Shown: positions 52,008 through 64,000 of the stretch, piece by piece
How positions within the stretch are numbered: the stretch's first letter is position 1
How the letters are laid out: every line of letters begins with the position of its first letter
Source of the DNA: Microbotryum violaceum
Lineage: Eukaryota
Direction of reading: 5' to 3'
DNA length: 64,000 bases
Assembly: GCA_001244265.2 (NCBI GenBank)
Contig: CDLV01000011.1
Coordinates: forward strand, 1,178,001-1,242,000
The notes under the pieces: generated by a model
Seen by the model: only the letters and a program-made list of their open reading frames with translations
Database searches by the model: none
Told to the model about the DNA's origin: nothing
Position numbers and translations under genes: made by a program

Positions 52008-54586
52008 TCAAGAACAAACCCTCGCTACTATGCTCCGGTCTCAAGGTCGCCAGGGAGGGCCATCGCAACCTCGCCAAGTCTTGGGCGCGAGGGTAGCGCC
52101 GTATCATGGGCCTGCTCGAGCGCCCGCTGCTGGGCGCCCCGCGGCTCGACCCTCCTCTTCGTCCCGCGCCGATCAACAGAATCAGCCCCCCGCGCGTCAT
52201 GACAACAATTCAACCGATCTTGGCATTGCGACACGTATACGAGCCCGCCGTGCAGCTGTGCAGAACGGACAGCGTGGTCAGCGCGATGGCCAACTCGACG
52301 CTGGGCTCGCCCCACCACCACCTCCGCAAAGGCGAGTGCGCCGGGCTCGAATCGCGCTCAAACCCCTCAAGCCCCACGTTTTCGCAGGGCAAGGTGCGGC
52401 TACCTCCCCCTCCCCAGCCCAATCTCGAGTATGGGCAGCTTCTTGAAGGCTCGGATAGCGGTCAGTTGCTCCGTCCAACAACATCTCTCTGCAGTATGGC
52501 CCACATGCTGAACTGTGTGATGCACCTACACAGACGCTAAAGCATTTCGCGAGAATGCCCGGTCTTACAATAACGCACTGTCCTTTACTTCGCTCGCTGC
52601 CCACTGCTGGGACCAAACTCAAGTGGGCACTCTAGGACCTCCCGTGTTTCGCGTGTTTGGTCGCCTCTACCATCGACTCGGCGCCCTGATCCCTGCCGTG
52701 AATCAATGCCCAGCCTTTGCTCAAACATGGCTGATCAACCCGGCCGAGGCCACCGACACTCGACTTGGACCCGACGGCGCAGACAGTCGCATGCAACGAT
52801 CTACTTTGACCAAGCTCGAGTCCATTCTGCGCACCGGCAATCGCTTTGTGAGGGAGTTCACATCGGCCAAAGCTCGCGCAGGTTGGGATACGGCCAAAGA
52901 GTGGATCCTGCGCCTCTGCCTCCCGCCAGGCCGGGACCGACGTACCCACAACCTTCCTACGTCAAGCACGGAAACGGCGATGCTTATCTGCGATTCCGAC
53001 ACCAACATGGGAGATCGTGGACCTCAAGACCGTATTCTCCAGGTGCACGGTGATCGATGTCCCGATGGTCGGCCCCAAGTACCAAGTCATCAGCTCGCTC
53101 CATCCGTCTGCGTTGCCTCTCCGGTAGCCACTACTATTTCCTGCAGGGGAAGATGGCTTCCACCCCAACATTTCTCTTTGCGGGTTTCGCCAAGCTGGGC
53201 TGCCAATCACCAGAAACCGAGAGCAGATCGACAATGGTGTCCAACCGCGCGAGGTACTTGCGGGTCTCAGTCTTGATGACGGAGGCGAAGAGGAGGACGA
53301 AGACCGCAAAGAGAAATGTTGGGGTGGAAGCCATCTTCCCCTGCAGGAAATAGTAGTGGCTACCGGAGAGGCAACGCAGACGGATGGAGCGAGCTGATGA
53401 CTTGGTACTTGGGGCCGACCATCGGGACATCGATCACCGTGCACCTGGAGAATACGGTCTTGAGGTCCACGATCTCCCATGTTGGTGTCGGAATCGCAGA
53501 TAAGCATCGCCGTTTCCGTGCTTGACGTAGGAAGGTTGTGGGTACGTCGGTCCCGGCCTGGCGGGAGGCAGAGGCGCAGGATCCACTCTTTGGCCGTATC
53601 CCAACCTGCGCGAGCTTTGGCCGATGTGAACTCCCTCACAAAGCGATTGCCGGTGCGCAGAATGGACTCGAGCTTGGTCAAAGTAGATCGTTGCATGCGA
53701 CTGTCTGCGCCGTCGGGTCCAAGTCGAGTGTCGGTGGCCTCGGCCGGGTTGATCAGCCATGTTTGAGCAAAGGCTGGGCATTGATTCACGGCAGGGATCA
53801 GGGCGCCGAGTCGATGGTAGAGGCGACCAAACACGCGAAACACGGGAGGACCTAGAGTGTCCACTTGAGTTTGGTCCCAGCAGTGGGCAGCGAGCGAAGT
53901 AAAGGACAGTGCGTTATTGTAAGACCGGGCATTCTCGCGAAATGCTTTAGCGTCTGTGTAGGTGCATCACACAGTTCAACATGTGGGCCATACTGCAGAG
54001 AGATGTTGTTGGACGGAGCAACTGACCGCTATCCAAGCCTTCAAGAAGCTGCCCATACTCGAGATTGGGCTGGGGAGGGGGAGGTAGCCGCACCTTGCCC
54101 TGCGAGCAGCACGCGCCGAAGTGTCTGGTCGACTTGGACCTTTCGCACTCCCAGTGCCGAGCCTTGCAGTGGGTGCACACGGCCGTCTGCGGGCCGAGGT
54201 CGTCGCGGATCGAAACGTGGGGCTTGAGGGGGTTGAGCGCGATTCGAGCCCGGCGCACTCGCCTTTGCGGAGGTGGTGGTGGGGCGAGCCCAGCGTCGAG
54301 TTGGCCATCGCGCTGACCACGCTGTCCGTTCTGCACAGCTGCACGGCGGGCTCGTATACGTGTCGCAATGCCAAGATCGGTTGAATTGTTGTCATGACGC
54401 GCGGGGGGCTGATTCTGTTGATCGGCGCGGGACGAAGAGGAGGGTCGAGCCGCGGGGCGCCCAGCAGCGGGCGCTCGAGCAGGCCCATGATACGGCGCTA
54501 CCCTCGCGCCCAAGACTTGGCGAGGTTGCGATGGCCCTCCCTGGCGACCTTGAGACCGGAGCATAGTAGCGAGGGTTTGTTCTTGA
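52008..54586. mobile_element. Fold-back (inverted duplication) of a Helitron Rep/helicase N-terminal fragment
   Basis: Arms 52008-53183 (+) and 53304-54586 (-) are near-identical. Translation gives CTHCKARHW...CCSQGKVRLP, YNNALSFTSL-like, GPPVFRVFGRLYHRLG and HNLPTS, typical of the region before the Helitron Rep domain. Confidence 0.85.
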
Positions 54587-55564
54587 ATGAGTGTCACTAA
54601 AATTGGATGAGAGTAGGAGGGAGAAAGCAAAGGGTCGAGGGAGTGGCGCAGGATTATTTACGTGGTTTGTTTTGTTGTTCAGCCCCTAATGCCGCTGGTC
54701 GAATGCCATACGGGCAAATTGGTTGTTCAGCCCCTAATGCCGCTGGTCGACTGCCGGAATGACACTCCACCGCCGGCGCACCGCATCACGTGACAGACGC
54801 CAGCCCTCGCCTCGCACGTCAGGCAGAGCTCTGCTGTAGAAGCAATATCATGTTAAAGCCACGCGCTTGCGGTTCATTAAATGCAATATGAGTGGAAGCA
54901 TTGTTTTATGTGAGCGAAAAAAAGAAGGAAAATACTGGGAGCGCTGTAGCTTCGTTGGAACGGCGCGGAAAATACAAAAGTCACCACAGCGCTTGTACAT
55001 GACTTCTGATCGGAACATGAACACCACAGGCAGGTTCGGCAGACACAACAGTATGCTGGTACATCCACCACAGGCGGCCCGGAGGGCCGCAATCTAGCTA
55101 AAAACAGCGATTTTAGGTACATTCCTTAACTCACACTTTTTTCTTACTAGTTAGGGTAACTAGGGTAATGGAGCAACTAAGCTTAAGCGTAGCCTTGAGG
55201 CTGAGCCCGTCCGGCCGCGGTGGGGCGGAAACTCTTACGGTAGCCGTAGACAAATTGTGGGCCTCAGATGGGCTAAAATCGCGAAGGCGCGTTAGGTGCC
55301 AGTGGACAAATCTGGTGTCATCGTGTACACTCTACATTGCAGGCAAGGGTCCGCTTTAGATCTGATCTGATCCGATCTGATCTGACGGGGTCCAGATCAA
55401 GTTCAAATCAAGCCTCGAGAAAAAAAAAAACCAAAAAGGCGGTACCTAGATGGTGCCATTGCGTCTCGTCTGAGTGCGCCGTCTCTTGCCTCCCCCGCCG
55501 CGTCGCGTCGTCTGTGCCATCATCGTCATTATCCTACATTCTCGCTTCAGCCAGCTTCGACGAA

Positions 55565-57131
55565 ATGTATCTAGACGATCCGGATATCAAGCTCCTTGAC
55601 GATGATTTCGAGCCCACTGGCACCCTTCTTGGACGTGAGGGTGTCTTGAGCTTCTCGCCTTCCGCTTCGACAGCCCACTGCAGACACCCAGATAACCCAG
55701 ATACGGCTTTCATGGTCGACAGACGAGCATCTCGGGTTTGATACTCTTCCTAGGCCGCTCGATGCTTGGAGGGACAAGTTCAAGGATCGTGGAGCAATTA
55801 CTGCGGCGCGTAAGCAAGGTTACCGGTCTATTGCTATCGCTGGGCACCGACTGCCTTTCAGTGTCGAAAGGATCTGGCGGCATATAGATTACGCTGAGCG
55901 CATGCGTTCGATCGTTATCGGTAGCCAAAAGTCAATGGAAATTTATCTGGGTGTCGACATCGAAAGTCAGCCTCTCATCGTTAAGGCTCTGAAGGTGCTG
56001 CCGCCACTGTTCGTTGAGGAGCAATATACTCCCTCAATGATCCTCGGGTGCAGCGCGTCCTGGCACACGCTGCTCGATTTCGTTGGTAAGCAGCCAATTT
56101 GTTCGTCTGTTCGATGGCGTGATTGATTTGAATTATTTCTCGTGCTTTTCCTAGGGACAAGGACCCGAAAGAGCGAAAGTCAGTTGAAAACGCTGTTCGC
56201 TCTTTAGCTGCTCTTGGCCTTAACAATGATGCTGCACCGTAAGTTGAGTGTTATGAGACCTGTACCAACCTCCTCTGAGCTGATCACTCATCTCTTCCAA
56301 TTCTAGGCTTGCCGTTCAGCAGGCCTATGACGAGGCCGATGCTCAAGCAGAGGAACGCTTCCTGCTCGACGCCATTATGACAGCAAATGAAAGCTTGCCG
56401 GGTCGTGTAGGTTTATTTAGGCAATTGGTTTCGTGTAGCAACACTAAATGGAACCAGCGTTCTTTCACAGGCTCAAACTATTCGGCTCCCATCCCTTCTG
56501 CGTCACGAATCTCGTCAGCTTGCGCTCGATCTGAAAAGCTTGATCCAGTACCGTTGGGCACATCAATGCTTCCACCTCAGAGCTGTCCTATACTCAAGAG
56601 AAGGCACAGCGCCACCACCTCGACTTCCCAAGTTTCCGATCTCACATCAAAAGCAGAAGTGTCCGAGCACGGTGAAATGCACTCCAGTGTCCTCCGAGGC
56701 TTCGTGCATTCAATGGGTGCAGCCCGTCTCGAAGCCGTGTCAGGAGTTGCGAGGTCCATTCATTGGACAGGACAAGGGACCTTCAGTCGCTTTTCGACCG
56801 CAAACGAGACGGAAAACATAGGATACATCGAAGACGGACGTAAAGGAGTGAGCTGCAATTGTGTGCTCTGCACATATGGCCCAGAGAGTGCTCATCAATA
56901 ATGTTCATTCTTGCCGAGGTAAGGATGCAATTGCGAGCAAGGCAATACACAGCATTCGCCAAGATCCCACCGTTTGGGTCGATCGACGGAAACGTCACGT
57001 CAGCCACGCCTTTGAAAATCGGCTCTCTTGTCTGCTCAGTATTGAAAGGAGGCATGATACATGTCAGTTGTGACGCCAGCAACATAGGAGGAGAACTGTC
57101 GATTAGACTTGGTTCGTACATCTCACGGTAG
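55565..57131 (+). CDS. Hypothetical multi-exon protein, no recognised domain
   Basis: Successive open stretches are bounded by GTGAG/GTAAG donors and YAG acceptors; the exact exon structure is unresolved. Confidence 0.4.
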
Positions 57132-57775
57132 CTAGCTTACTGCTCCGCAGAGTGACTACAATCGCTCTTATCTCTCGCGGTACGTTACATGTATACCATG
57201 GCCACGTTAAATCATAGTCAAAGAGGTAGGGAGTAAGTGCAGGTGAGGAGCCCTCGGCGAAGCAGAACCGAAACAGCTGACGCGCGCGCGGGCTCCGTCG
57301 ATTCGGTCCGGACGAAAAACGTCCGGACGGCGTTTTCGCGATTTTTGAAGATGTTTTAGAGCATTTGAAGCAATTCTAGAGCTATCTTTGGACGCGCGTA
57401 GATGGACTGGACATTTTGGGGACCATTTTGGCCGAAAAATCTAAAAATTGGTGGACAAATGAGGTCCAAAATCGACGATTTTCCCGGGTTTTACCTACGC
57501 GCCTCAGGCTGGGCTTTCATGGGTCCTAGCGAGCCTAAGCACTGCCCAAGCTGACCGTCGCAGCGCGCGACCGCTTGACTTTGTGCTCCCGTCCTCGTAC
57601 ATCCCGTGTCATCCCATCTCTCAGCCGTCAAGGGTGTAAATGTATTCCGTTGCCGAGCTCGCACCTTGAGCCGGCTGCTGATCTTGGTCCATTCACGCCC
57701 CGCAGCCATCGTCGCTTCGTTGCGGATCCCATTTTCTCCCGTCAACGATAATCCAAAAGCCAAAGCCACCCCACC

Positions 57776-58471
57776 ATGGCTTCCCTACGAACAGCATTCG
57801 GTGCCTTGCTCCGACCACGTTCCTCCACCCCCATCGTCGTCGCAAGCCGAGCCTTTACTTCTTTCGCCTCCGTGCGATCGACCTCCCCGTCAGAACCGTC
57901 GACGACGACCAGAGCAGCCGCACCACCCGCTTCTGAGGCCAAGTCCGGCTCTCACGGTGCATCTTACCAATCCCAAGTGCTCAACCAAGCCACCCAACGC
58001 CTCAAATCCCATCCCACCCCAGGCAAGTCCGCCAACCCGAACCTGCGCGGCCCTTCCTTCCCTTCGACCCGAGTGCCTTCCTCCTCTCGTAACCGAGCAC
58101 CCGCGAGCGATCTCTACGATTGGAGCCGAGCGATGAGATCTACCCCGATCCCACGAACACTCCAACCCGAACCTCAACAGTCGCCCGAAGAGATTTGGGC
58201 CTCGACCAATCCTATTGGGTACACCCTCCCCGTCACCACTACGGCCGCCCGTTCGATCCCCGTAAAGAAACGGGATGTCGCCCGAGCGTGTCGCGCACTG
58301 AATCGGATCTTGAATCAGAACAACGTGAGGAAGGAACTCAGGAGGCAGGAGAGGTTCGAAGGGCCGAGCGATAAGAGGGTCAGGTTGGATAGTGAGAGGC
58401 ATAGGAGGAGGTTCCAGGTCGAGGTGGGCAAGCAGGTCGGAAAGGCGATGAGGTTGAGGCAGAGGATCTAA
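57776..58471 (+). CDS. MRP21: Mitochondrial ribosomal small-subunit protein bS21m
   Basis: Arg/Ser-rich targeting peptide; C-terminal S21 motif ARACRALNRIL...RRQERFEGPSDKRVRLDSERHRRRF. Confidence 0.85.
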   Translation: MASLRTAFGALLRPRSSTPIVVASRAFTSFASVRSTSPSEPSTTTRAAAPPASEAKSGSHGASYQSQVLNQATQRLKSHPTPGKSANPNLRGPSFPSTRVPSSSRNRAPASDLYDWSRAMRSTPIPRTLQPEPQQSPEEIWASTNPIGYTLPVTTTAARSIPVKKRDVARACRALNRILNQNNVRKELRRQERFEGPSDKRVRLDSERHRRRFQVEVGKQVGKAMRLRQRI

Positions 58472-59038
58472 GATGGAAAGAGTGAAATGGAGCAGGACGC
58501 GTTGTGCAATCCATCACTACCGAGGTGGTATAACGATATGTAGAAATGTTGCTGAAGCCAGTGTTCACTTCGAACCAATCTTCAATCTGGACACGCTCCA
58601 ATCGATCAAAAGCAAGGACGCATCCTCACATAGCAGGACGTTGCACAATTCACGATCGCTGTGATCGATGCCATGTCCGTCGAGAATCTCGTAGGCCGCA
58701 GTGCCGAACATCGAAGCCTGTGGATATTTTGGTGCATAGGCTCGCTAATTTTTGGGGGGAAGACGGCCGTCATATGATTTCTGACGCTTTGACGAAGCTT
58801 GAGGAAGATTGGCGAAGGCGGCGGAAGAGGCTTCCGTGACGCACGAATGTAAAACAATTTCCTCGGGATGGATTGATTCCAGGGCAATAGTTTCTTTCTT
58901 TTCTTCAGTGTGTTGGAAGGAATTGTTTCCTTGCGCCCAGTTTCGAGGCCTTTCGGAATTTCGGGCAGTCGGCTCCGAATCGAATTATAGACTCGCTTGG
59001 ACTTGATCGCTCTTAAACCAACGCGCAAGCTAGCTCAT

Positions 59039-59442
59039 ATGCTGGACGAAACAGACCTCCAACAGCTACTCAGTGGCATCGAGCCCTTGCTCGACGATGT
59101 CTACACCTTCGGCACCATCCCCCTCGACTCTCCCATCCCACCAGGGTGTATCGGTACCCTTGACGAACGCGAAGGACGCACGCTCATCCTCCCACTCGAG
59201 ATCGCCAAGACGCCTCCCGCCTTAACAGACGTCAAATGGGCGGGAGAATGGGCCGAGATCACGCTTCAGATCCATTCCTCCCTCGAGCGGTTGGATTCAT
59301 CGCTGCTATTGCTACGACGTTGGGGATAGAGGGCATCAGTGCGAATGTCATGTCGGGGTTCTATCATGATCATGTGTTTGTGCAGTGGGGCAGGAGGGAC
59401 GATGCGATTACGGTCATTCGGGGGTTCGCGAAGAAAGAGTGA
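59039..59442 (+). pseudogene. ACT-domain (DUF2241-like) protein with a 1-nt frameshift near 59287
   Basis: ETDLQQLL, EREGRTLIL and ITLQIHSSLE lie in one frame; AVGFIAAIA...GISANVMSGFYHDHVFV lies in another. Confidence 0.75.
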
Positions 59443-59960
59443 GGGGTCACGTGACGGGACGTTCGAATCGGTCGGCAAGACGAATTACCGGCCGACGGTC
59501 AAAATCGTGGCAAGATGGGACGTGGACGTCAAGCTCGGCCGAGATGTGATGGATAGGGTACCGAGCTGTGTTGTAATCTAGATCTATCTCGGAACTTGCA
59601 AGCTTTGGTCATTGTGGAAGTGAAGGGACGTGCCCCGCTCGAGTGCTCGGAATTCTCGGACAGCTGTGCCACCGCCCCTGTATCGTGTGCGGTGTAGATA
59701 GGAGCGCATGAGCAATAAAGGAAAGAGGGTTTTTCGTGTTGGTTTCGTCGTGTATCAGATTTCCGTTGAGCCCACCCAAATCCTGATTGTACAGTCCCTC
59801 TAGCGACTCTGGACACTCCGGTCGCGCAGGGCCGCTCGACCCCACTCTACGGAACGATTGCCGGGCGCCGAGCTCTGCTTTCTCAAGTCGGAGAGGGGCT
59901 TGCCCAGCTCCGTCCTCTCGATCCAACTACAACGCTTTACTCGCCGTCGAGAGGAAACGG

Positions 59961-62824
59961 ATGGATCCCGTGCAGGGTGGTTGTACGCCATCGCAGCTGG
60001 CGTTGTCGATGGGCACGTCGTCGGCGGTCGTCGATTCAAAGTCGACCTCGTCATCGATCGCCTCGGGGAGCACCGCAACCGGCCTGCCATCATCGCAGCA
60101 GAACAGCACCGCGCGTCGCAAAGGTCGACAAGTGCAGGATGTGAACCATGTCAGTCTCCTCCTCACCGCACCTTTTTCAGCGTTGTGCCTCGTCTGCACG
60201 AGCTGACGGAGCGCTCGTCCGTGTGGCGCTGACGGGTGGAAACGATTACGCGATGAGCTACAGTTGCTCGGCTTCACGTTACCGCCACGGAGTACACCCC
60301 CTCTGGCCTCCGCACCTCGACGGTCCAACAAGCGCGACCCAGCTTATCATGGCTCGTTCGATCGCGCTCGCTACATCCACACCTTCCGCTTCGTCGTCAA
60401 GCCCGACAAAGGTCAGTTCCGGTTCGGCGCCGTGACCCGGGGAGGGGGGCGTAGAGTAGCGAATTCTAATGCTCCAACTGACTTCCCGACCTTGTGGCAG
60501 ACTACACCGCCAACTTGGCCGATCATGATGTCCGGTTGGACTGGGCCGATATCCTGCAGGTCATCCTCCCCACTGCATCGAGCGCGTTGTCGACCGTGCT
60601 CGACCAGCAACCTGGCTCGGCTCCGACCTGTCCCATCTGCTTGTCTGAACCTACTGCCCCCAGGATGGTGAGCTGGAACAGAGTGGGCAAGTCGACCTGG
60701 TCTCATTTGGCTGACGTTTTGATTTGCTTCCATCTTCGCCCTAACAGACCAAATGCGGTCAGTTTTGCGATTGACTCATCTGTCGTTTCGCCATCCGCAC
60801 GAGACTGACCGGCTCATTTCCGAATTCATCATAGGACATGTATTTTGCTTCCCGTGTATCCTGCACTATCTGGCGCTCGCGGATGGCCAGAAATGGCGCA
60901 AGTGTCCCGTCTGTTGGGAGTTGAGTCGCGATCCTTTCCTTCTCTCTCGATAATTGAGTTCCCTCTCCCGCATCGACCCCACTCGCCTGCCTATCGAGCC
61001 CTCCAGACCACGGGCGGCATAATTTGCTGACTTCTGGTCTGCTTTTTTCTTCTCCTTCTCAGCTCGGTGTATGCTACTGACCTCAAAGTCGTAAAGTGGC
61101 ATGATGCCGTCACCTCAGCTCAGTACGACTCGTCGCCGACCGCGGACCTGGCAGCTCTTTCGATCGAAGACCTATCCCACTCTCTGCTGCACGACCATTC
61201 GCGGAACGCGACTGCCGAAAGCCTTGGAGGATCATCTGGAGGCGAGCCACTCAAGATGCGACTCATCCGTCGACCCAAAATCTCGACGCTCGCACTCCCT
61301 CGCTCCGACACTTGGCCGTCCGAAGCAGTTCCGCCTCTCCGGGCGCCATGGAACTTTTCCCCCGATGCATTTGTTTTCGCCAAATTCATGCTGGGCTCAC
61401 CCGAGTACCTCAAAGAGGAGTTGGACCAGAACATGCGCGACCTCGAGCAGGAAGTCTCCATCCTACGACAGTGTGGAAGACAGGGTGGCACTGATGAAGA
61501 GTTAGGTATTGTCTTCGTTCGAGCGGCGACGGTCAAAGTTTCCGAACAACTTCAGAAAGTTGGGGTTCTTAAAACGACGAGCGTCATGACGGCGCGGAAA
61601 AAGGCGCTCAAGGAGATTCAGGAGATCAGGGATCGGCCGGGCAAATTGCCGTTGGGGCTTTCTTTACCTCTCTTTTCCGAAACGAGTTCGAGCGAAGTCG
61701 AAGACGCTCCTAGCGAACTCCTCGGGATTCGATCGTTGAATGGTGGACGTATACTCTCGGGTGATGCACCGGTCTTCCAACCTGGCGGTCCTGGAGTTCG
61801 AGCTCGACCGCAGCGCAAGAACGTAAATCCTGCCCCTGCGCTCGACGCCGATTCAACCTATTATTTCTATCAGGCCGCTTCGGGCCAAAACATCTATCTC
61901 CACCCACTCGACATCAAGATCCTCAAATCCCATTTCGGGACCTACCAAGGCATGCCCGACGTCATCTCCGTCAAAGTCGAAGGCGCGGACGAGGGTTCCA
62001 TGAACGACGATCTACGACGGAGATGTCGCTGGCTTGCGCATCTACCGACCTCATGCGATGTCGTTTTTATCGAGGCGGATTTGACATCCGTCGTTCCGGG
62101 ATCGAGTTTGGAACCTTTCTCGCACGCTTTGAAGCAACGCAGGACGAAGAGGAGGGATAAAGCAAGGAGGGAGGATAAGGCCAAGCTCAAGTCGGAGCAA
62201 AAAGAGGTCGAGGCTCGTCCGGTCTACATGGCGACTTATGGATCGGTGGGAACGGGACATAACAGTTGGAGCAATGTTCCCATGACGACGGCTTTGACGC
62301 AGCAGATGATGGCGTCGACGACGGCGTTCCCTCCTCCTTCGTCGGGATCTAATCCCGGTAGCTCGGGGGGTAATGCGCATGGTTTCCCTTCCTCCGTTTC
62401 TCCCACCAGGCCCGCTCCTATATCAACTTGGGGATACCAAGCTCCTTCCACTGCAGCGAACACCCAATCCTTCGCAGCTCCTCGATCCTTCGCTTCGGCT
62501 CTCCATTCCTCTTCCAGACCTTCCCCTAGCCGACCTTCGCAGGGCCATGACCTCGACGATTGGGACGATGCGGAATTTGATGAACGGTGGCACGATTTCG
62601 AGGATCGATTACATGGCGCTTCCTCCAACTCGTTTTCTTCGCTAAATTTAAAACGGGGAGCAAGTCGAGGTGGGGGGAGCGCGAGTGGATCGAATGCTGG
62701 TGGTGGGGCAGCGGGTAAGGATGGAAGTGCGACGCCGAAGCAGAGTTTCGGGGGCAAGAAGAAGGGGAGAAAGGCGGCGTTGACGTTGAACCTTAGTGGG
62801 GCGGCGATGAGAGGGACCGGATGA
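59961..62824 (+). CDS. MAG2: RING-finger E3 ligase of the MAG2/RNF10 family, multi-exon
   Basis: [39 protein letters not shown]...KCPVCW (C3HC4), YYFYQAASGQNIYLHPLDIKIL and WLAHLP motifs. Confidence 0.9.
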
Positions 62825-62943
62825 AGGAGGGGGGCTGCGTCGTAGATTGATGACGGCTTGGTTATCATAGCGTTGTCGATTGTGTGTAGGTGACGAAATA
62901 TAGAAAGCTCGCATTCACCTCGCATAACAATGTCAATTCTTCA

Positions 62944-62948
<5 letters not shown>

Positions 62949-63013
<65 letters not shown>
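62949..63013. repeat. (GA)n microsatellite
   Basis: About 32 uninterrupted GA units. Confidence 0.98.
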
Positions 63014-63014
<1 letters not shown>

Positions 63015-63414
63015 AGTTCACGAATTACGACGACAGTTTTTCCGTTTGCGTTTTGAACCTTGCACAAACACAGATTGCAGCAGCGTCCGGGCGTGCTATA
63101 CTACAATTTATCCAAAAACGGTACCGTAAAGAAAGAAAGACAAGAAACATGAAGAGTTGCGAAGCTGCGTTGAAAACCCATTCCGACATGGAGAAACCCA
63201 GAAACCCAGGATCCAAAAAAGGGTGCACAAAAAAAGGGCAGGGTACACGAAAAGTAAAGGGGACAGAGGAAATCCGGAAGACACGGTTGAACAGGCGGGT
63301 AAGCCTGCCATGCATAGGTCGATGACGAGAGGCAGTGATTGATGGTAGCACGGGATGGGCAAGATTGTACTTGCACATTTTGTGGTTTTTTATGGGCGCC
63401 GAGGTGTTCCCTTC

Positions 63415-64000
63415 TTAGCGACTCGGTGCGTACAGAGACCCTTCAGTCTCGAGCGAACCAGCAGTGCTTTCACGAGCTCCGCGAGGAATAGGGGCTCCAT
63501 TTTCGTCGAGGTCGTATTCGTCCCCGGAGTGATGACCTCCCTGATCGTATTCCTGTCGGTGGTCTGATTGTTGCACCTGCTGTTGCTGGTGATGATGATG
63601 TCGCAGAGTAGGGGAACTGCCTTGCAAGGGCGGGAGGTTGAGCGCAGCCGTGCTCGAGCCCGAACCTGAGCCCGCGCTAGCGCCCGCGCCGGCGCTTGTG
63701 CTGGAAACCCCGCGCGACGTCGATTGGTGCGGGTCCTGTTGCCCCTCGCGGTTACCAAAAAAATGTTCGAGCTGGATCGAGAAGGAGGCATCGCTTTGTC
63801 CCGGTGCTCGATGGACCCTGAGATGCTGATTGAGGTTGTCGTGGCGCGAGAAGAGCTTTGCACAGCCCGGCCACTGGCATTGGAATGCTGCGATGGATGG
63901 AAGCAATGGGCAAAGCATCAGCTAGCTGGAACGAATGAGCCTCTGAAGGAATGAGTGAGACCGCTCACGTTTGATCTCGGTGTGGATCGAGCGTACGTGC
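63415..64000 (-). CDS. 3' end of a tandem C2H2 zinc-finger transcription factor (Msn2/4-like fingers); continues beyond the window
   Basis: HVRSIHTEIK, an intron, then FQCQWPGCAKLFSRHDNLNQHLRVH followed by a low-complexity tail. Confidence 0.8.

Noticed and set aside
55149-55167. Telomere-like TTAGGG motifs
   Set aside because: There are only two imperfect copies, not an array.
57306-57328. Hairpin GTCCGGACG-AAAAA-CGTCCGGAC as a terminator or MITE end
   Set aside because: It is an isolated 9-bp stem with no partner terminus or TSD that I could find.
62890-63325. ORFs with poly-(ER) tracts
   Set aside because: They are translations of the (GA)n microsatellite between two convergent genes.

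Overview
Eukaryotic (fungal) DNA, most consistent with a basidiomycete of the Pucciniomycotina such as Microbotryum. The evidence is short GT-AG introns with CTRAY/CTCAC branch points and TCG->TTG changes between repeat copies; the taxon is an inference. Bases 1 to ~43,000 are a dense nest of retroelements: at least four Ty1/copia families (called A, B, C, D here), two Ty3/gypsy families (G, G2), solo LTRs, a 5'-truncated LINE and a fold-back repeat. Many boundaries are fixed by 5-bp target-site duplications, giving up to six levels of nesting. Bases ~44,500-64,000 are gene-rich: calnexin, NAD(P)H-hydrate epimerase, COQ1-type polyprenyl synthase, prefoldin 1, a fold-back Helitron fragment, an orphan spliced gene, mitochondrial bS21, an ACT/DUF2241-like gene, a MAG2/RNF10-like RING ligase and a C2H2 transcription factor. 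The main candidate for an undescribed system: the LTRs of three unrelated families (copia A, copia B, gypsy G) each contain back-to-back 58-75 nt GT...AG units with branch points. Most of these units duplicate the preceding sequence, and LTR copies differ by exactly such units. This suggests LTR introns that are spliced out of the RNA and rebuilt during reverse-transcription strand transfer. Also notable are TG...TA LTR termini confirmed by TSDs, half-tRNA(iMet) primer sites, a -1 frameshift pseudoknot, and Gag-less and protease-less copia variants.
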